Origin: an uncultured candidate division Zixibacteria bacterium
GTDB taxonomy: Bacteria > Zixibacteria > MSB-5A5 > GN15 > FEB-12
Length of the DNA: 64,000 bases
Assembly: GCA_963664195.1 (NCBI GenBank)
Contig: OY760907.1
Span: forward strand, 800,001-864,000
Reading direction: 5' to 3'
The notes below the pieces were generated by a model. The model saw nothing but the letters and a program-made list of their open reading frames with translations, searched no databases and was not told the origin of the DNA. This document shows, in pieces, positions 61,519 to 64,000 of the stretch (the stretch's first letter is position 1; every line of letters begins with the position of its first letter). Position numbers and translations under genes: made by a program.

Positions 61519-63780
61519 CTAATAGTTCAGGATATTTGCCAGCAGGTGAATCGCCTCGATATTCAAGTCTGAAATCATCTCCACCAGCGGCAACCCGCAG
61601 AAGATGATCTGTCCCTCTCCGAGCCGCGTTACCGACAGCAAGGTGGCCCCACTCGGTGTCACATACACCTTCTCCGCAGGTGAAACGACCGCACCGCTCA
61701 GTTTGTGAGACACTCCCAGCCATCCGAGCAAGTTACTTTCGGAGATGGTGTACGGTTTGTTGAGCACCCGGGCTCCGCTGATCCGATTCAGCAATTGTCT
61801 GCCACTCACCGTTTCCTGTGTCGGCACAAACGATACCGGCAGAACGCCCTCGGGCCAATTGCGAGGCTGCCCCATAATCACCAGCGAACCACCGTAGTGC
61901 AGATAATTCTCCAGGCGGCCTTTTATCTGGCGGAACGAAGGATAGTCGCGAAGCGCACCCGCTCCGATCACAATCACGTTGTAGGCGTCCAGATCACCGG
62001 TCTGAAGCGTACGATCGGTCAGCGGCCAGTAGTTCGCCCCGGCCATGCGAAGAATATCTTCAAGCAGTCCGGTCGTATCCGGCATAAGTCCTACGCTGAC
62101 GGTATCGCCGAGTTGACACGATGCTATCCGTATCTTGCCGGTATCGGCAGCAACCACGCGCCCGTCGACAGAGAGAGATATCGACTGTGAATGAATTCCC
62201 AATTCAAACAGGTTTGAGACAGAAAACGGAATGCGAATTGTCTCGGTCGCCCGTCCCTTTTCCAACTGCCAGGTCTGACGATACGCCCCGGCAAATACAC
62301 CACGCGGAGTCTCAAGGTTCAGCGTTGCCTCTCCATGGTAATACAGCGGCTTGGAAATGACCGCCTTCCAGTTCATCGCCGAAACCACGCGATCAACCTC
62401 GACACGCGCCTTCGGTTCTACAAAAAAGAAATCAGGCTCGAACGAAATCGAGAGGTCCGGCGCCTCCCAGATCGGCACCGCCGAGGTCACGGTCAGCGGC
62501 ATGCTGCCGTAGACAATCTCAGCGGAAAACGTCAGCGACTCCGGCATCCTGGCCTCGAGATAATCGCGGTCGATCTCAACCGGATATTCGCGGACAAACG
62601 ATTGGTGTGAGGTTATCTTGCGCGACTCATCATCGAGCACTATCGCCGCCGTGTCCCAGTACGGATGGAATCGAATATACGACATCTCAATCGGTTTGGG
62701 ACCGTTGACCGACAGCGACGCGCGGAATTTCAGCTTGGGGCCGTGGGGAGAGTCACGAAGAATGATCTCGCCGTCCCAGTTCATGCCAATCTCCTGGAAG
62801 ACTGCCTTACGGGCACGTTCCACCAACCGGGTGAGGTACGGCTGGAAATCGTTTATACCCGAGAGCAACCCCTCGGCGCGTGACTGATCCTCAAGCGTGA
62901 TCAATTCCTTGTATCCTGCGACAAGATTATCGACACGCACCGTGCCAACGGAGTTCTTTGACAGGTTGAAAAACGACAAGAAATTCCTCGCACGGTTCAC
63001 AAATGAATTCTTCAGGGCGCCGTCGACAAATATCGAATCGAATACGGGGATCAGTCGAATGGATTCTACTCCGGAAAGGAAATCCGGATCGGGGCCAGTC
63101 AGCGCAACCGTGCCGAGTACGGTCTCGTAGCGCATCAGCTGGACATCTTCGAGTTGATCAATGCGGAACCAGGGATACAGTTGCGGCACTTCAAGCTGGA
63201 TGCGGTCGCGGTAGCGGTTGAACATTTCGCGACGATTGATCGTGACCGGGCCGGGCACTGCGGCCGACGGGCTATCCGGCGAAAACGGCCGATAAATCTT
63301 GCGAATATTGAAGGCCGACGCCGGGTCGGCAGGCAAGTCCTGAATTGCCTTCGCCACCGAGCGGAGTGGTTCGTCCTCAAACTTGTTACGACTGAATATG
63401 ACCACGTCGGGACGCCGTTCAGCGAACTGCAGCGCGAGCATTGAATCAACCAGCAATCTGTTCTTGGTGTCGAGAAAGTACTGGTGCAGGAAGATGCCAC
63501 GATCTGGGATTTCGTTCGTCACCTGTCTGAAGCCGGTACTGGCCACAACCGTAACGAGGTCGATCCGGCAGCCGGATTCCTCGTTGAGGTAATAGAGCGT
63601 GGGCCAGTCGACTGATTCCGGTTCGTCGAACAGGTAGAGCACCCGGATATCGCAGAGCGCCTGGCTGATGAGATCGGCCCCAATGGCGGACGTACTGATG
63701 CCGGCCACAAATATGAGCGCGGCAAATATCGCGGCGACCGCAGAGGTCACTCCGAGACGGTATTTGGCTGTATAGTTCAT
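61519..63780 (-). CDS. Secreted LmbE/PIG-L-like multidomain protein with degenerate catalytic site
   Basis: Signal peptide, RPDVVI, C-terminal class I glutamine-amidotransferase-like segment (DLDAYNVIVIG, GGSLVIMGQ, LLANIL). Start at ATG 63780. Confidence 0.6.
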   Translation of the reverse strand: MNYTAKYRLGVTSAVAAIFAALIFVAGISTSAIGADLISQALCDIRVLYLFDEPESVDWPTLYYLNEESGCRIDLVTVVASTGFRQVTNEIPDRGIFLHQYFLDTKNRLLVDSMLALQFAERRPDVVIFSRNKFEDEPLRSVAKAIQDLPADPASAFNIRKIYRPFSPDSPSAAVPGPVTINRREMFNRYRDRIQLEVPQLYPWFRIDQLEDVQLMRYETVLGTVALTGPDPDFLSGVESIRLIPVFDSIFVDGALKNSFVNRARNFLSFFNLSKNSVGTVRVDNLVAGYKELITLEDQSRAEGLLSGINDFQPYLTRLVERARKAVFQEIGMNWDGEIILRDSPHGPKLKFRASLSVNGPKPIEMSYIRFHPYWDTAAIVLDDESRKITSHQSFVREYPVEIDRDYLEARMPESLTFSAEIVYGSMPLTVTSAVPIWEAPDLSISFEPDFFFVEPKARVEVDRVVSAMNWKAVISKPLYYHGEATLNLETPRGVFAGAYRQTWQLEKGRATETIRIPFSVSNLFELGIHSQSISLSVDGRVVAADTGKIRIASCQLGDTVSVGLMPDTTGLLEDILRMAGANYWPLTDRTLQTGDLDAYNVIVIGAGALRDYPSFRQIKGRLENYLHYGGSLVIMGQPRNWPEGVLPVSFVPTQETVSGRQLLNRISGARVLNKPYTISESNLLGWLGVSHKLSGAVVSPAEKVYVTPSGATLLSVTRLGEGQIIFCGLPLVEMISDLNIEAIHLLANILNY

Positions 63781-63785
63781 GCCGG

Positions 63786-63815
63786 AATATATTGAGTTGT
63801 TTCTCTGATTGTCAA
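63786..63815 (-). promoter_or_regulatory. Putative promoter (leaderless arrangement)
   Basis: TTGACA-18 bp-TATATT, 5 nt before ATG 63780. Confidence 0.6.
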
Positions 63816-63846
63816 AGTTGAAATCGAGGGCGCACAAGGCCTGCGC

Positions 63847-64000
63847 CTAAAGGATTTCTTCGTCAACCTCGCGCCAGGCCGGATCGACAATGCAAAGGAA
63901 TACAAGCTCGCATACACCGGTGTTTTCGATCCATTGGGCAGCTCCCGGGGGAATTTCGATGGCATCCCCGGCCTCAACTGCCGCAACTTCATCATCTATG
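63847..64000 (-). CDS. Cupin domain protein, C-terminal part (5' end outside the window)
   Basis: Read by hand: IDDEVAAVEAGDAIEIPPGAAQWIENTGVCELVFLCIVDPAWREVDEEIL*, matching cupin motif 2. Confidence 0.8.
   Translation of the reverse strand, partial: IDDEVAAVEAGDAIEIPPGAAQWIENTGVCELVFLCIVDPAWREVDEEIL

Overview
A gene-dense, moderately GC-rich chromosomal segment of a diderm (Gram-negative) bacterium, indicated by LptF/LptG, a predicted outer-membrane beta-barrel and lipoproteins. The overall gene style resembles FCB-associated lineages such as Zixibacteria, but that is an impression only. About 58 CDSs are present, mostly housekeeping: tmk, obgE, dprA, ptsH/ptsI, pgi/pmi, metK, ahcY, lptF/G, yhaM, dnaE, crt/hbd/acd, glmS/glmM, an IMPase and ABC exporters, plus one tRNA-Ser(GGA). 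I found no CRISPR array, prophage, integrase or transposase. The most notable items are: (1) an inositol locus combining an inositol-3-phosphate synthase with a histone-H1-like tail, a CDP-alcohol phosphotransferase and a PfkB kinase resembling the archaeal myo-inositol 3-kinase; (2) a four-gene uncharacterised membrane cassette (DUF6754-like); (3) several REP/REPIN-like palindrome families, including a 131-bp element with fixed-length but unrelated 26-bp spacers whose two copies flank the trx-dnaE block; (4) an orphan R-x4-H (HEPN-like) gene after the tRNA; (5) a CydA-like protein fused to two c-type hemes; (6) a 38-bp palindrome in front of a TrmB regulator and a secreted aspartyl protease; (7) recurrent TATATT -10 boxes with several apparently leaderless genes. 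All family assignments come from motif recognition by eye; no database searches were run.
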